Source: an uncultured Methanosarcinales archaeon
GTDB lineage: Archaea; Halobacteriota; Methanosarcinia; Methanotrichales; Methanotrichaceae
Reading direction: 5' to 3'
Assembly: GCA_963843555.1 (NCBI GenBank)
Contig: CAWJKV010000014.1
Span: 96,001 to 160,000, forward strand
Length of the DNA stretch: 64,000 nt
Made by a program: the position numbers and the translations under genes. The notes under the pieces were generated by a model that was given only the letters and a program-made list of their open reading frames with translations, ran no database searches and was not told where the DNA came from. This document shows positions 10,901 through 22,299 of the stretch, one piece after another. Every line of letters starts with the position of its first letter. Position 1 is the first letter of the stretch.

Positions 10901-12057
10901 GCGCGGTTATAACGTACTATAGTGTGGTCCATATTTTGTATTCCGATGATATCAGGTATGGAGTCGAGGGTAGCATTCAGAAGTGCTTCTGAGGAGGCAG
11001 TTTTCTCCTCCGCCCTCTTGCGCATCAGCGCCACTCCGATATGTGATGCGATTCCTTCCAGGAGTTCAACTGTATCGAGGGTGAAACGTCCTTTGCGCCG
11101 ATCATTGAACTGGATCAGACCAACAATCCTATCCACGTTCCTGATGGGCACCAGGGCCATGGAGGCATAACCTTGATGTTTGCATTGGTTGCGTGGATGA
11201 AGCCGGGGGTCCTTGTCTGGTGGGATATCCAGGAACAGTGATGAATCGTTCGTCCAGGCGCTTCCCCCGGGAGTGAAGTGCGGATTCGCCGGGTCGGTCT
11301 TGCCGGAAATTATCAGACCGCAGGTACATTCCAGACTGACATTGCCGTCTTTGTCCCGGCACACTCCGCCGTCTTTGGCACGTTCGATCAGCGTGTTTTC
11401 CGTCAGCAGAAAATCACTGGAAAAGCCTTCCTGGGCTAAATATGGAAAGTCATCCCCTTCTTGCAGACGAATGCCAACGGCATCGAACCCGGTCCGAGTC
11501 TTCAATTCGACGAGGACGCGCCGGATAGAATCCAGCAGATCTCCCGGCTCGTTCAGTATCTGCAGGACCGCCCTGCCCATTTCTCTATATGCTCCCGCCC
11601 ACTTGCGTTCGGTGATGTCAGTTGTCGTGCCAAAGGCGGCGACCCGGCCATCCGGTTGGGAATAAGCCGAACCCATGGAACGAACCCAAATCGTTGTGCC
11701 GTCAGCTTTTAGCAGACGATATTCTGCGGTCTTGTCCTTTCCAAGCACCCGTATCCCTTCGGAAAGCATCTCCTGCACGGCCGGCAAGTCATCTGGGTGA
11801 ATATATGAAAAGAATTTTTCGAAACTGTTTGCGATGGTCCCATCCGGTAAGCCAATTATCCTGTCGGCAACCGGCGAAATAAATGAGTCGACATGCTCAC
11901 CACTGGCCTCGACATCATAGCTCCAGATGATATCGGATATCATCGAAATAGCTCGTTCATACTTTGCATTGCTAGCTTGCGCTGCTTGCAAGGCTCTTTG
12001 CAGCTCTTTCTCAGCCTGGAGGTGATCGATGAGGTCATTACCCATTATTATAACCAA
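7969..12057 (-). CDS. Hybrid sensor histidine kinase/response regulator with several PAS and two GAF-like domains
   Basis: PAS ends (DITERK); H-box [22 protein letters not shown] and GGTGLGLAI boxes; receiver [26 protein letters not shown]. Confidence 0.95.
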   Translation of the reverse strand: MVIIMGNDLIDHLQAEKELQRALQAAQASNAKYERAISMISDIIWSYDVEASGEHVDSFISPVADRIIGLPDGTIANSFEKFFSYIHPDDLPAVQEMLSEGIRVLGKDKTAEYRLLKADGTTIWVRSMGSAYSQPDGRVAAFGTTTDITERKWAGAYREMGRAVLQILNEPGDLLDSIRRVLVELKTRTGFDAVGIRLQEGDDFPYLAQEGFSSDFLLTENTLIERAKDGGVCRDKDGNVSLECTCGLIISGKTDPANPHFTPGGSAWTNDSSLFLDIPPDKDPRLHPRNQCKHQGYASMALVPIRNVDRIVGLIQFNDRRKGRFTLDTVELLEGIASHIGVALMRKRAEEKTASSEALLNATLDSIPDIIGIQNMDHTIVRYNRAGYEFLNLSPEEVHGRRCYELIGRNIPCEECATEKALKTKRLEQSEKYLPEYGTYLDCRSNPVLNEKGEIVFIIEQLRDITERKRAENALRESEQRLADIIDFLPDATFAVDKAGLVIAWNRAMEDMTGVCRNEMIGQGDHAYTVPFYGFRRKQLLDLLDKDDNEIASNYQYVKRIGNTLYAETFASALRRGKGAYVWATAGPIFDVLGERIGAIESIRDVSERKREQEVLQNNLKFLETLIETIPSPIFFKDRQGRYLGCNDAFARQIVGLPKENIIGKSVYELPEGIPLDLADRYYEQDQELFRELGVQVYEGQVRCSDGENREFHFTKSTFKNFAGEIAGIVGVMLDITKRKQAELSREQSFIRQERLNQLQQTLLSPGRLEQKLKRITDGVVDIFEADFCRIWITGSGDLCETGCKHAEVKDGPHVCLYRDQCLRLIASSGRYPHTNGEVHGRVPFGCYKIGLLASGQEHRFLTNDVQNEPRVHNRAWAKEIGLVSFAGYQLRPPGGDTLGVLALFSKRPITFEDDAQLDNLSNMTTQVIQTAHVDEELLESLIEANRLNDDLVEQTARANEMARQAREANAAKSEFLANMSHEIRTPLNGVIGMIGLLMDMNLNAEAREYAQMARISSETLLSLVNDILDSSKIEAGKLELEILSFDLGSTLKDTFDFLAIGAHEKGLELVCRVLPGVPMLLRGDPGRLRQILVNLGTNAVKFTSSGKITIQAMLESEDEKNVVLRFSVSDTGIGIPADRQDILFSPFTQVDGSTTRKYGGTGLGLAISKQLAELMGGRIGVESEEGKGSTFWFTAVFEKQPLNAASLTEIEGEGPRERSSAVVPAISESDKRKIRILVAEDNPINQKVAQAMLKKIGFRADVVANGQEAINALRIIPYDLVLMDCQMPEMDGFEATRSIRREGSKILNPKIPIIAMTAFTMRGDRDKCIQAGMNDFIAKPVQQKELAEMLARWLAITKADS

Positions 12058-12206
12058 ATGAATAGTCTTGATTGATAGAGCTTTGGGAAGATTTGCCAGA
12101 GCTTCAGCCTACCTATCGCTGCCCTCTGCCTGGAGCAACGGCATCCGTCTTCCAGGCTTCAACCGATTGATATTGCGCGTTTTATCGCCCTCATGCCAGA
12201 AGGCAT

Positions 12207-13796
12207 TCATAACGTTAAATCCTCAGACTTGAGCTCACCCCAGGCGTGGCTAATTCGTTCTGAGATAATAGTGGCCAGAGCCATTACTGTTAGCTGAGGG
12301 TTAACTCCGATTGCAGTTGGAAATACGCTTGCATCGCAAACGAAGAGGTTCCTGAACCCGTAGACTTTGCAGTTCGAGTCAACCACACAGATTTCAGGAT
12401 CATTCCCCATGCGATTTCCTCCTTGAGGATGGGCAGACCCCAAGAGCATCCCCTTGCGATCGTTCTTTATGACTTTAATGAGCTCTGGGATCTCATCTGG
12501 GCTCTCAAGGATCGGCTTGGCCATGTGTGGAGTCACTACCCTGGATGCGCCCAATCTGAACCACATCCTGGAGATCACCTCAACGCCCCTTGCTATGTTG
12601 TCGATCTCTTTCTGCTTGAGAGAGTAATCTACCCTGGGGAGCCCGCGTGTCTGTCAGTGTTATCTCGCCATTTGATCCATCTCTAACCAGGACGCCAGCC
12701 ATCGCATAATGATTGTACCTCATCATCAGCTCCCCATGCCGCCCTCCCGATATTGGCAAAAGCAGGGAGAGCTGCAGAGGCGGAAGGAATGTGCCTTCGA
12801 TCAGGAATCCGCCGTCCTCTACTCCATTGGTCACCCCAAAATCGTGCAAAGTATAGGTCATGGGAATGCCTTGAATTCCCTTTATCTCGAAGGGGAAGTC
12901 TCCCAGGACGAATGGAACCGGGTGGAGTGCAAGGCCTTTGCCTGCCTTTGCCTTCTGCTATTGAGCTCTTAAGAAGAAGCTCTGTCGAGGCTATGGACCC
13001 GGCAGCTATCACCACAAGGCGCGCGGTTACCCGCATCTTGTGAAGAACATTTCCGGAACTGTCCAGAAAGTCTCCATCGACCCCATCGACGGTATCACCA
13101 GAGTGCGTAATCCTTTCCGCCGAGCAGTTGCAGTAAATTTTTATGTTCGATCTGGGATTGTTCAGAGCCTTGTGAAGGTATGTGACCCTCATGTCCTGCT
13201 TTGTCTCGTAATGGCATCCCAGGTGGCACAGGCCGCACTGCATGCAACTGAAGCAGTTCCTGGAGTTGGGGTGGTGCTTGGAAAAGCCCATTAGCTCACA
13301 TCCCTTTCTGAACATGAGGCTGTTGTTACTCAGCTCGTCCTCTCTCACCCGAGTGATATGAATCTCGGAGGATACCTCGCTAAAGGCCTCATTCCATTCG
13401 TCATCGGAGATGCTCAACGCCCATATTCCTCCACTGTCTCCTGACGATATCAGGCAATTGAAAGCAGACAGCATCGTTAATGACCGTGGAACCCCCCAGG
13501 CAGGAGCCCTGAGATATGGCTATCCTGAGGTTGCTTGTGAAGTTGGCAGCGCAGTTTTTCCAGAGGAGGGGTATCATGTCCTCGTCCCTCTGGTTCATGT
13601 CCTCCCCCTCGAAGTAACCCCCGCGCTCCAGAAGCACTACCGATTTGCCGGAATCACTGAGCTTCTTTGCAATTACTGCGCCTGCAGCACCGGAACCTAT
13701 CACGCAGACATCGCAATGCTCCATCACATCTCCTTCGACCATCGAGTAGCGTTCTTTCCTGGCAGGAAGTCTCTCTACGCCGTATATCATATTCAT
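12207..13796 (-). pseudogene. GMC-family FAD oxidoreductase split by about three frameshifts (pseudogene or sequencing errors)
   Basis: Fragments in order carry VCVIGSGAAG, GSCLGGSTVIN, C..CGLCHLGC, VVIAAGSIAS, and SAHPQGG...NLFVCDASVFPTAIGVNPQLT. Confidence 0.85.
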
Positions 13797-13888
13797 TCAG
13801 AATTCTCCCTTCTGGTCAATAGGCTGCAGCGACCAATTTTGCATCGGGCAATGGGCTACGCCAGGGAAGATCTGTTGATCATCTCTAT

Positions 13889-14529
13889 CTACAAAGTCCG
13901 ATCAACAATTGGCAGGATTGGCTTGTCCCATCTTGTGATATGATGATGCTTTACCCATCTGGGGTACTGAGGGACCTGGATGGCGTCATATCCTGCGAAC
14001 CTGGCGAGACCGTCTCTGTATATAACCCAGCTGGCGATAGCTCTGGATAACACCTCGACTACGGTGCTGGCATCGCTATTCGACAGGTTCTCCGGGTCGA
14101 AAAGAACCCTGAAGGCCGAGATCATCCTGGCGAGGTTACCTCATAGAGGTCGGGTTCAAGAGCATTGGCATCTATTCGGCCCAGCTTTATCTGGAAATCC
14201 ATCCATCTGGTTGTGTTCTCCTTCTCGTGGGTAATTATCAGAACCATACCATTATGATCTGAGACTTTCAGATAGACCTCCGGGCTGCCCTCAAGCCAGT
14301 CTGCAAAGGCCTTTTCATCAAAGACTATCTCAAAGGAGCCATCTTCATCTGTCATAGCTTCGCCTAATCTGTTGTCAGGATGGAGGTAAGAGACAGGATC
14401 CTTATCGTAAGCCAGCACCTTATATCCCATGACAGGCAGATTATTTTCGTCCCTTATCCGGCCTGTTATTCTATAAGTGGACTTGGATGGCCTGGTGAGT
14501 TCGACCGGGACCTGTGAGCCATCTTTCAT
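13889..14529 (-). pseudogene. Hypothetical protein with a transthyretin/prealbumin-like N-terminal domain, frameshifted near 14125
   Basis: ITGRIRDE..PV.G.KV.AYDKD...LGEA.TD.DGSF.I.F pattern; two abutting ORFs. Confidence 0.55.
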
Positions 14530-14855
14530 AATCTTAACTGTATTTGATGGAATTTATATATGGCGGTTTGACGCCCGGCTTTCGAAAAGTATTGTACCAG
14601 GATATCGCTTGCGATAGATCAATTGAACGATGAAAAGAGAAGGAGAAGAGGAGAAGAAAAGAGAAGAAGAAGTCTGGGGTGAGAAACAAACCGGATCATA
14701 TATATATCGACCTTACATGAAGAATAAGGCTTTATCTTTATACGATGCATTTACTCAAGCGAGATCCAGGGAAGAGACTATTCGGATCTTGGTGGAAAAG
14801 ATGCGCAAAATAAATGCAAGTCATTCTATTGGTCAATAGTATATGGGTGAAGAAT

Positions 14856-15849
14856 ATGAATAAAATTTGGAGATCAATTGCTCTCATCGTATCTGTTCTC
14901 ATCATATCGTTGATGGGATGTGTCTATGCACAGAAACGGTGTTGCAATGCGGCCTGGAGAGGCAACCGCAGAGCAGCTGTATAATTATGGAATCGGCGAA
15001 GCATGGGTAGGCGGCAATCCACCGTCTGATTTCACCATATATTCTCAATATTATTCGATTTATCAAGGATCTACTCCAAAGAAGCATATTGAAGCTCCGA
15101 AGAAGAGCGATATAAAATACAAGACACCTGCTACAGTTTACTTCAGCTATCAAATGCAGGCAATGCCGTATACTCAATACCAGACTTATGCCACATACAC
15201 AGGTGGCAATTCACTGTGGATACAGGGCTCTTCCAGCTGGACTCAGTATGCCAAAGTTCCACAGGGATCAAGCCTGTCGTTGATGGCGACATCTTCAACA
15301 GGAGGTAATGGCTATCTCTACGAGATAAATCCTGATGGAAAGTTGTATAAGAATGCCTTCTACTTCTATCCAGGATATAATCAGATAGACTTCTATGCAG
15401 ATTCGGTTGGTCAGCACATACTGCTCTTCGATATTGGCAGTCAGGTCAGCAACTCAATAGTCATCGATGTTACGAGCTACTATCCGCCACCAACGTATCA
15501 GCAGCCAGTTCCCACTTATCCGCCCACTCAAACTCTACCCACTCAGGCACCGCCCACCCAGACTCCGCCCCCGGTAACAACGCCACCTCAACATATGGAG
15601 ACACGCCAGGCACAATAGTATCCCAGGGCATGCGTGGATATCAGGTATTTTTGGATGACACATATATCGGAACTGAAGGCTCCGGAGGAGATGCCTCTGG
15701 ACGGAAGGTTCAGCTTCAGCGTCGTTGGCAATCAGAACCATACCGTGAGAGTTTACGATGGCCAGTTCAATTACATCAAGACCATGTACTTCGAGAAGGG
15801 AGTCCAGAAGATAATCAATGTGGAGCCGGGAACGGCGGTCTACTACTAG
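14856..15849 (+). CDS. Secreted Pro/Thr/Gln-rich protein with a C-terminal PEGA-like domain (frameshifted)
   Basis: ATG at 14856 with a signal-like start; fragments 14920-15618, 15630- and 15634-15849 join into one protein (GYQVFLDDTYIG...HTVRV). Confidence 0.7.
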
Positions 15850-15960
15850 ATCGTCATTTTTTTTACACTCTAGCTTGAGAGATTGAGTTGAGAAGATAGG
15901 AAGACGAAGTTTCACAAGATGTGATGGGCCGGGCGCCATCAAGAGAAAGGTTTTGCAGAT

Positions 15961-16677
15961 ATGAGATTCAAGAATCTGTTCGTGGTGATTGCAGTCCTGA
16001 TTGCTCTATATGCCAGCAATGCTCACGCTATCGGGGACTCCATAGGCAAGTCGGTGGATCAACTGATCGATGAGAGCAATGGAATCCGTACCCACGATAT
16101 ATATCACCCAGAAAATCCCCAGGAAGCAAGAATGCTCTGGAGCCTGGAGCGCGGGATCAACTTCACCAGCCCTGGCAAGGTATTGGGGAGCAGCACCAGT
16201 CCCAGAGCACCTGATTTCTCTGCTGAGATAAACGAGGAAATTCAAAGCCAGAGTGCAAGCTCCACAAACGCAGCCCAAACCCCGTCTTCTCAAGAGAACA
16301 CAGCCACGCAGGTGGCATCATCACAGGCAGAATCGCAGGTTGAAGCATCGCAAGATGCAAGTGTGGCTGGGAACTGGTCTTTTCGATTGAGAGACAGCAA
16401 GAATAGGGTCATGGCTCTTTCGCTTTTCCAATCATATAATGCAGTCTATGGAACCGGGACCATTAATGATGGTGGGGATACACTCCCTGTTTCGGCTTCC
16501 GGGTCGGTCGAAGGAGACAAACTTCACCTGGATGCTACATCCTCAGGAAATGTCACCCTTTACAGGCTTGCTCTTACGACGAGCGGCAACTCTGCTTCTG
16601 GCGAATACGGGGCGTTTTCGAATGGCAGGGAGCCCTGGATCGGGCTGGCGGAGGGAGTGCGAATTGCGGCTGGGTAG
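15961..16677 (+). CDS. Secreted hypothetical protein, paralog of 22653-23504
   Basis: Signal peptide, S/Q/A-rich linker, shared C-terminal domain (V.G.W.F.L...L.Q...V.G.G.IN.G...GS..GDKL). Confidence 0.75.
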   Translation: MRFKNLFVVIAVLIALYASNAHAIGDSIGKSVDQLIDESNGIRTHDIYHPENPQEARMLWSLERGINFTSPGKVLGSSTSPRAPDFSAEINEEIQSQSASSTNAAQTPSSQENTATQVASSQAESQVEASQDASVAGNWSFRLRDSKNRVMALSLFQSYNAVYGTGTINDGGDTLPVSASGSVEGDKLHLDATSSGNVTLYRLALTTSGNSASGEYGAFSNGREPWIGLAEGVRIAAG

Positions 16678-16789
16678 TGATAATAGTGCAAAGGCCAAAA
16701 CGCTGTCGAGAAGAGCTTCCTGTTCTCAGGAGATAAGATTGCCAGAGTTGCAAAAGTCTATCAAAAAAAGAATGGGATAGAAGTCCTTT

Positions 16790-19700
16790 CTATGGGCATG
16801 GGCAAGAGACCAGGATCTTGGCAATTCCCTGATACCTTGCCTCGCAGACACCATTAGTTGCACTGTACTTGAATTGTACATATGTGCCTGTTTTAATGGT
16901 GGGCAGAGGATTGAAGACAAAAGACCCATCTTCATGAACTTCTATGGAACCATACTTGGGATCAATCGTTATCCCTCCCGGATTCAGCACTGCAGTGGCG
17001 ACAGCATCGTTCGCTAGAATTCCCTCGCTTGCCGGAACTACCTTCTGGACTCCGCACTGCCCGGAATAAAGTTCGTTCACGATAGACCAGGGGCATTTAG
17101 CCACGCGGACCGTCACCGTTGCCGGATCTGAGGGGCATTCGCCGTCGAAGGCTTTGTAGGTGAAGGTGTCTATGCCGGTGAAGCCTGTCGCAGGCTTGTA
17201 GCTGAAGGACCCGTCGGGATTCGGTGTGAGAGTGCCGTGACTTGGCCCTGCGAATTGCTCCGCAATGAGACTGTCGCCATCATCGTCTTCGTCGTTGAGA
17301 AGGATGCTGTCAGCAACACCCACGACCAGGAGCTTGCCATAGATAACACCGTACTCGTCATCTGTTGCCACTGGGCAGGCATTGTCCTCAACGCATTCCA
17401 CGTAGATGGTTACCGTTCCAACGTCCTGGCTCTCTGGAGTGCATTTACCGTCGGTCACCTTGTAGGTGAAGGTGTCATCGCCGCAGAAGTCTGCTGCAGG
17501 TGTGTAAACGAAGGACCCATCAGTGCTCAATGCAACTGTTCCGCCGTTTACGGAAGTCGTATCAAAGCTTGCTACGGTGAGAGTGTCTCCAACATTGGCA
17601 TCCTCGTCGTTATCGAGCACTCCTGTATCGACTGGTACATTCAGAGGTGTATCCTCGATGGCGTCGTACTCGTCATCTGTTGCCACCGGGCAAATGTTGT
17701 CCTCAACGCATTCCACATAGATGGTTACCTCTCCAACGTCCTGGCTCTCGCAGATGCCGTCGGTCACCTTGTAGGTGAAGGTGTCATCGCCGCAGAAGTC
17801 TGCTGCAGGCGTGTACACGAAGGACCCATCGCCGCTCAATGCAACTGTTCCGCCGTTTACGGAGGTCGCATCGAAGCTTGCTACAGTCAGAGTCGCTGAG
17901 TCCTCATCCTCGTCGTTCAACAGAACTCCGAGATCGGCAGTTACTGTCAGAGTCTGATCCTCGACAGCATCATATCCGTCATTCACTGCCACCGGGCAGT
18001 CGTTGACAGGTGTAACTGTGATGGTGACTGTTGCTTCCTCGCAATCGCCATCAACGTCGCATATCTCGTAAGTAAAGCTGTCTATGCCACTCCAGCCTGC
18101 TTCAGGCGTATAGGTGTATGTGCCGTCTGGATTGAAGACCACACCGCCGTTTGCCGGATCCGTTAACTTGGACCAGGTGTTTCCGCCGTCACCGGAGAGT
18201 ACATCGTTTCCGGTTACGCTATCGCTTACGGGTGTATCCTCGGGTGTGGTGACCTCGTCATCTTCTGCTATGGGCATCTCATCGACAGAAGTCACTGTGA
18301 TGGTGACTGTAGCTTCATCACAATCATCGTCCGCGTCGCATATCTTGTAAGTAAAGCTGTCTATGCCACTCCAGCCTGCATTAGGCGTGTAGGTGTATGT
18401 GCCGTCTGGATTGAAGACCACACCGCCGTTTGCCGGATCCGTTAACTTGGACCAGGTGTTTCCGCCGTCACCGGAGAGTACATCGTTTCCGGTTACGCTA
18501 TCGCTTACGGGTGTATCCTCGGGTGTGGTGACCTCGTCATCTTCTGCAACAGGCATCTCATCGACAGAAGTCACTGTGATGGTGACTGTAGCTTCATCAC
18601 AATCATCGTCCGCGTCGCAGATCTTGTAAGTAAAGCTGTCTATGCCACTCCAGTCTGCATTAGGCGTGTAGGTGTATGTGCCGTCTGCATTAAAGACCAA
18701 AGCTCCGTTTGCGGGATCCGTTAACTTGGACCAGGTGTTTCCGCCGTCACCGGAGAGTACATCGTTTCCGGTTACGCTATCGCTTACAGGTGTATCCTCG
18801 AGTGTTGTGACCTCGTCATCTTCTGCAACAGGCATCTCATCGACAGATGTCACTGTGATGGTGACTGTAGCTGGGTCACAATCGCCGTCGACGTCGCAGA
18901 TCTTGTAGGTAAAGCTGTCTTGGCCATTCCAGTTTGCTGCAGGCGTGTAGGTGTATGTGCCATCGGAATTAAAGACCACTGTTCCGTGTGCGGGATCTGT
19001 CAGTTTCGACCAGGTATTACCTCCGTCACCGGAGAGTACATCGTTTCCAGTAACGCTTCCGCTTACGGGAGTATCTTCATTCGTGGCTTTTGCGTCATCG
19101 TTTGCTATGGGAATATCATCTACTGATGACACTGTGATGGTAACCGTAGCTGGGTCACAATCCCCATCGACATCGCAGATCTTGTAGGTGAAGCTGTCCT
19201 GACCGTTCCAGTTTGCTGCAGGCGTGTAGGTGTATGTGCCATCGGAATTAAAGACCACTGTTCCGTGTGCGGGATCTGTCAGTTTCGACCAGGTATTGCC
19301 TCCGTCACCGGAGAGTACATCGTTTCCAGTAACGCTTCCGCTTACGGGAGTATCTTCATTCGTGGCTTTTGCGTCATCGTTTGCTATGGGAATATCATCT
19401 ACTGATGACACTGTGATGGTAACCGTAGCTGGGTCACAATCCCCATCGACATCGCAGATCTTGTAGGTGAAGCTGTCCTGACCGTTCCAGTTTGCTGCAG
19501 GCGTGTAGGTGTATGTGCCATCGGAATTAAAGACCACTGTTCCGTGTGCGGGATCTGTCAATTTGGACCAGGTATGAACGCCTTCACCGGTTTGTTGATC
19601 GTTTCCGGTTACGCTTGCGGTTACAGGTGTATCCTCGGGTGTGGTAACTGAGTCATCGTTTGCAACTGGCAGATCGTTTACGGGGGTCACTGTGACTGTT

Positions 19701-20668
19701 ACTACGGCTGGGTCGCAGCTTCCATCAACGTCGCAGATCTTGTAATTAAAGGTGTCTACGCCGCTCCAGCCTGCTCCAGGCGTGTAGGTGTATGTGCCAT
19801 CTGCAGTTATGGTCACCGTACCGTGTGCAGCGCCGCCATTTGCGCCAACCAGCGACCAGACGTTTCCGCCGTCACTGGAGGGTATATCGTTGCCTGTTGC
19901 GCTTGCGGTTACAGGTACATCTTCAGGTGTGGTGATTGCGTCGTCGTTTGCTACAGGTACACTGACGCGCACGATCTTGCCCACAAGATATCCCTCGTTA
20001 GTCAGCCCTTCTTGAGTTATGAAATCTGTCTTTAGACTGCCTGAAGGGCATACATCCTTGATACCCACGATTTGCAGGGTGTATGTGTCACTGCCGATGG
20101 TGAAGACCTGATTGGCAGGGGGGATCGCAGGCCATGATATTTTGTCCGGACACGGAACTGAGCACGGGCTATATGCGCATCTTGAACATGTCCCGCTGTT
20201 GGTTGTTTCGTCAATAGCCATATTATAAGTGAAGAAAACATCGCCTATTGACGGATTGGTGAAGTGCATTTTGACCTTCAGAGTAGCTCCACTGGCCGCA
20301 TCAGTGATCGGATAGTTGAAATGAGTAAGCTTTCCCAGGCAGAATTCCTGCCCAAAGGTGGAGCTGACAGACTGCCCATCAAAGCGCAATCCGCTCTTAT
20401 AAGTCTCTGCTGGGATGCCCCAGCGAACCTCCAGAGTGTTAATTCCTGTGACACCAGAGCCACCATTTACCGCCGTCCAGACACCAGAAGAGCTTGCCTG
20501 AACAGCCTGCCCCATGGCCGGGCCGATACTGATAGCAGCCAGAATGAATATAATGGCCACTATCATAATTCTTAAATGATTCTTTCCTCCTGTTACAGGA
20601 GCCTTTAAACGAGTGCATCTCGAATTTTCTTTTGGTCTGATTTTGTCTTTCATATCAACACACCTCAA
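16790..20668 (-). CDS. Large surface adhesin-like protein: N-terminal THxN-type domain plus about 10 cadherin/Big_9-like Ig repeats
   Basis: Signal peptide; LGKLTHFNYPI; repeated PVA.DD...T.ED...GND...HGT....DGTYTYTP...G.DSFTYKICD.DGDC units. Confidence 0.9.
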   Translation of the reverse strand: MRCVDMKDKIRPKENSRCTRLKAPVTGGKNHLRIMIVAIIFILAAISIGPAMGQAVQASSSGVWTAVNGGSGVTGINTLEVRWGIPAETYKSGLRFDGQSVSSTFGQEFCLGKLTHFNYPITDAASGATLKVKMHFTNPSIGDVFFTYNMAIDETTNSGTCSRCAYSPCSVPCPDKISWPAIPPANQVFTIGSDTYTLQIVGIKDVCPSGSLKTDFITQEGLTNEGYLVGKIVRVSVPVANDDAITTPEDVPVTASATGNDIPSSDGGNVWSLVGANGGAAHGTVTITADGTYTYTPGAGWSGVDTFNYKICDVDGSCDPAVVTVTVTPVNDLPVANDDSVTTPEDTPVTASVTGNDQQTGEGVHTWSKLTDPAHGTVVFNSDGTYTYTPAANWNGQDSFTYKICDVDGDCDPATVTITVSSVDDIPIANDDAKATNEDTPVSGSVTGNDVLSGDGGNTWSKLTDPAHGTVVFNSDGTYTYTPAANWNGQDSFTYKICDVDGDCDPATVTITVSSVDDIPIANDDAKATNEDTPVSGSVTGNDVLSGDGGNTWSKLTDPAHGTVVFNSDGTYTYTPAANWNGQDSFTYKICDVDGDCDPATVTITVTSVDEMPVAEDDEVTTLEDTPVSDSVTGNDVLSGDGGNTWSKLTDPANGALVFNADGTYTYTPNADWSGIDSFTYKICDADDDCDEATVTITVTSVDEMPVAEDDEVTTPEDTPVSDSVTGNDVLSGDGGNTWSKLTDPANGGVVFNPDGTYTYTPNAGWSGIDSFTYKICDADDDCDEATVTITVTSVDEMPIAEDDEVTTPEDTPVSDSVTGNDVLSGDGGNTWSKLTDPANGGVVFNPDGTYTYTPEAGWSGIDSFTYEICDVDGDCEEATVTITVTPVNDCPVAVNDGYDAVEDQTLTVTADLGVLLNDEDEDSATLTVASFDATSVNGGTVALSGDGSFVYTPAADFCGDDTFTYKVTDGICESQDVGEVTIYVECVEDNICPVATDDEYDAIEDTPLNVPVDTGVLDNDEDANVGDTLTVASFDTTSVNGGTVALSTDGSFVYTPAADFCGDDTFTYKVTDGKCTPESQDVGTVTIYVECVEDNACPVATDDEYGVIYGKLLVVGVADSILLNDEDDDGDSLIAEQFAGPSHGTLTPNPDGSFSYKPATGFTGIDTFTYKAFDGECPSDPATVTVRVAKCPWSIVNELYSGQCGVQKVVPASEGILANDAVATAVLNPGGITIDPKYGSIEVHEDGSFVFNPLPTIKTGTYVQFKYSATNGVCEARYQGIAKILVSCPCP
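18000..19960 (-). repeat. Intragenic 279-nt (93-aa) tandem repeats in near-identical blocks
   Basis: The 279-nt period is visible in shadow ORFs at 18114, 18393, 18672, 18951 and 19230. Confidence 0.93.
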
Positions 20669-21564
20669 AATCTCCTTGATATTTTTTTACCAATTTCCAT
20701 TATTCAAATCCTTTAATTCTAAATCTAAAATATTTCTATTTCATCACCTCTGCGGTCTTTCAGCCAACTTCAGGATTATGCCTCCATTGAGCTCAGCTAG
20801 TGCATCATCTTCCAATTCATATATAGATATCGCCAAAATTCATACATTTTGTAAGAACTTAAGATAAACATTTGTGTTAAGAGGTATAATAAATATGAAT
20901 CTTAACTCAGAATTGAATGTCTGATTCGTTTTGGTCAAACTATCTGGAATGTTCGCCGCTGTGAAAATCTATATCATCTGTATATCAAAGTACCTTAAAT
21001 CCAAAAAAGTCAGATGTTATTGGATCTGAACATTTGAGCCTTCAGATATATTATTAGAGCGATATGCAAATGTTGTCCTCGGTCCTGCATCTGAATTCCT
21101 TCAAGGGGGAATCTGCTCGCGCATTCATTGAAGAGGTTGCCGATATCTAGCAGTCCAACGATCCTTCCCGTCTGATATACCTTGAGCCGCGCTCAGGGTG
21201 GCTTCGGATGGAGGCACCACAAGAATATTGTTCTTCACCGTTCTGTTTGAATTCGTGCGTTAGCCTGGGATAGTGCACCCTATTTCTGGACCGCATTCCA
21301 TCCGTATGCGTCCACCCTGCAACACAATAGTCCTTGATATGGCAAGTCCAATCGATGTACATTATCAACAAAACGGCGTGATATCTACCCCAGCGCCCTT
21401 ATCGTTCCTGAGACAGTATTATACAACTCCATCCACTTCGCGTCCTCTCCTGGTGAATGGAGTTCTAATTCATTTAGGACCACATTCGCTAATCCTGATG
21501 TGGGCCATAATAGCGGGCAGCAGTAAGGCGATTTAAGATGAGCTTGATATATTTTGAGAGACGA

Positions 21565-22299
21565 TCAATCAATTACTATCCATCTATTTCTATTGCAGCC
21601 CAGACATAAGCCCATCTCTTTAGCCTTATCGTAGGTATCATTGGCTTCTGAGGTCTCACCAAGCAATTTGAGGGCCCTTCCTTTATTATTATAAGCAGAG
21701 ACCTCATCAGGATCGAGCTGCATGACTCTGTCAAACGCCTGTACGGCTTCCTCATAATTGCCCTGAATGGCGAGAATGACACCTTTGTTGTTCCAGGCAG
21801 CTGCATATTTTGGATCCTGCTGGATGGCTTCGTTGAACGCCTGCAAGGCATCATCATATTTGCTCATTATCTCATAAGATTTGGCCTGATTCTTAAGGGC
21901 AATTCCTTTTTTGTTCCAGGCGGAGGCATTACCAGGATCCAGCTCGAGAACCCTATCATAAGCCTTTATTGCCTCATCATATTTGCTCTGAGAATTAAGA
22001 ACCATCCCTTTATTGTTCCAGGCCGCCACATATTTTGGATTAAGCTCAATAGCTTTATCATAAGCAGCAATGGCGTCAGTATAATTCCTTTGATCAGCGA
22101 GAACAACGCCTTCATTAAACCAATCTTCGGCAGTTATTTGGCCAAATGCAGAGGTACATAATATCCAAAAAACCATCGAACCAATTGCTAATTTGATCAT
22201 TTTGATATCCCCTGGAGAACATCCCCCTGAATAATATAAGAATTTTGTGGTTCTCTCATCAGCAGATTGCCATGTGGAGAGCTGTTCGGCCAAGCTCAT
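21565..22299 (-). CDS. Secreted TPR protein
   Basis: Signal peptide after MIKLAIG; repeated AWNNKG..L...KYDEAI.AYD....L.P units. Confidence 0.9.
   Translation of the reverse strand: MSLAEQLSTWQSADERTTKFLYYSGGCSPGDIKMIKLAIGSMVFWILCTSAFGQITAEDWFNEGVVLADQRNYTDAIAAYDKAIELNPKYVAAWNNKGMVLNSQSKYDEAIKAYDRVLELDPGNASAWNKKGIALKNQAKSYEIMSKYDDALQAFNEAIQQDPKYAAAWNNKGVILAIQGNYEEAVQAFDRVMQLDPDEVSAYNNKGRALKLLGETSEANDTYDKAKEMGLCLGCNRNRWIVID

Noticed and set aside
14630..14839. 69-aa ORF MKREGEEEKK...
   Set aside because: Purine-rich low-complexity start, overlaps the probable promoter region of the next gene, no motif; not supportable as a gene.
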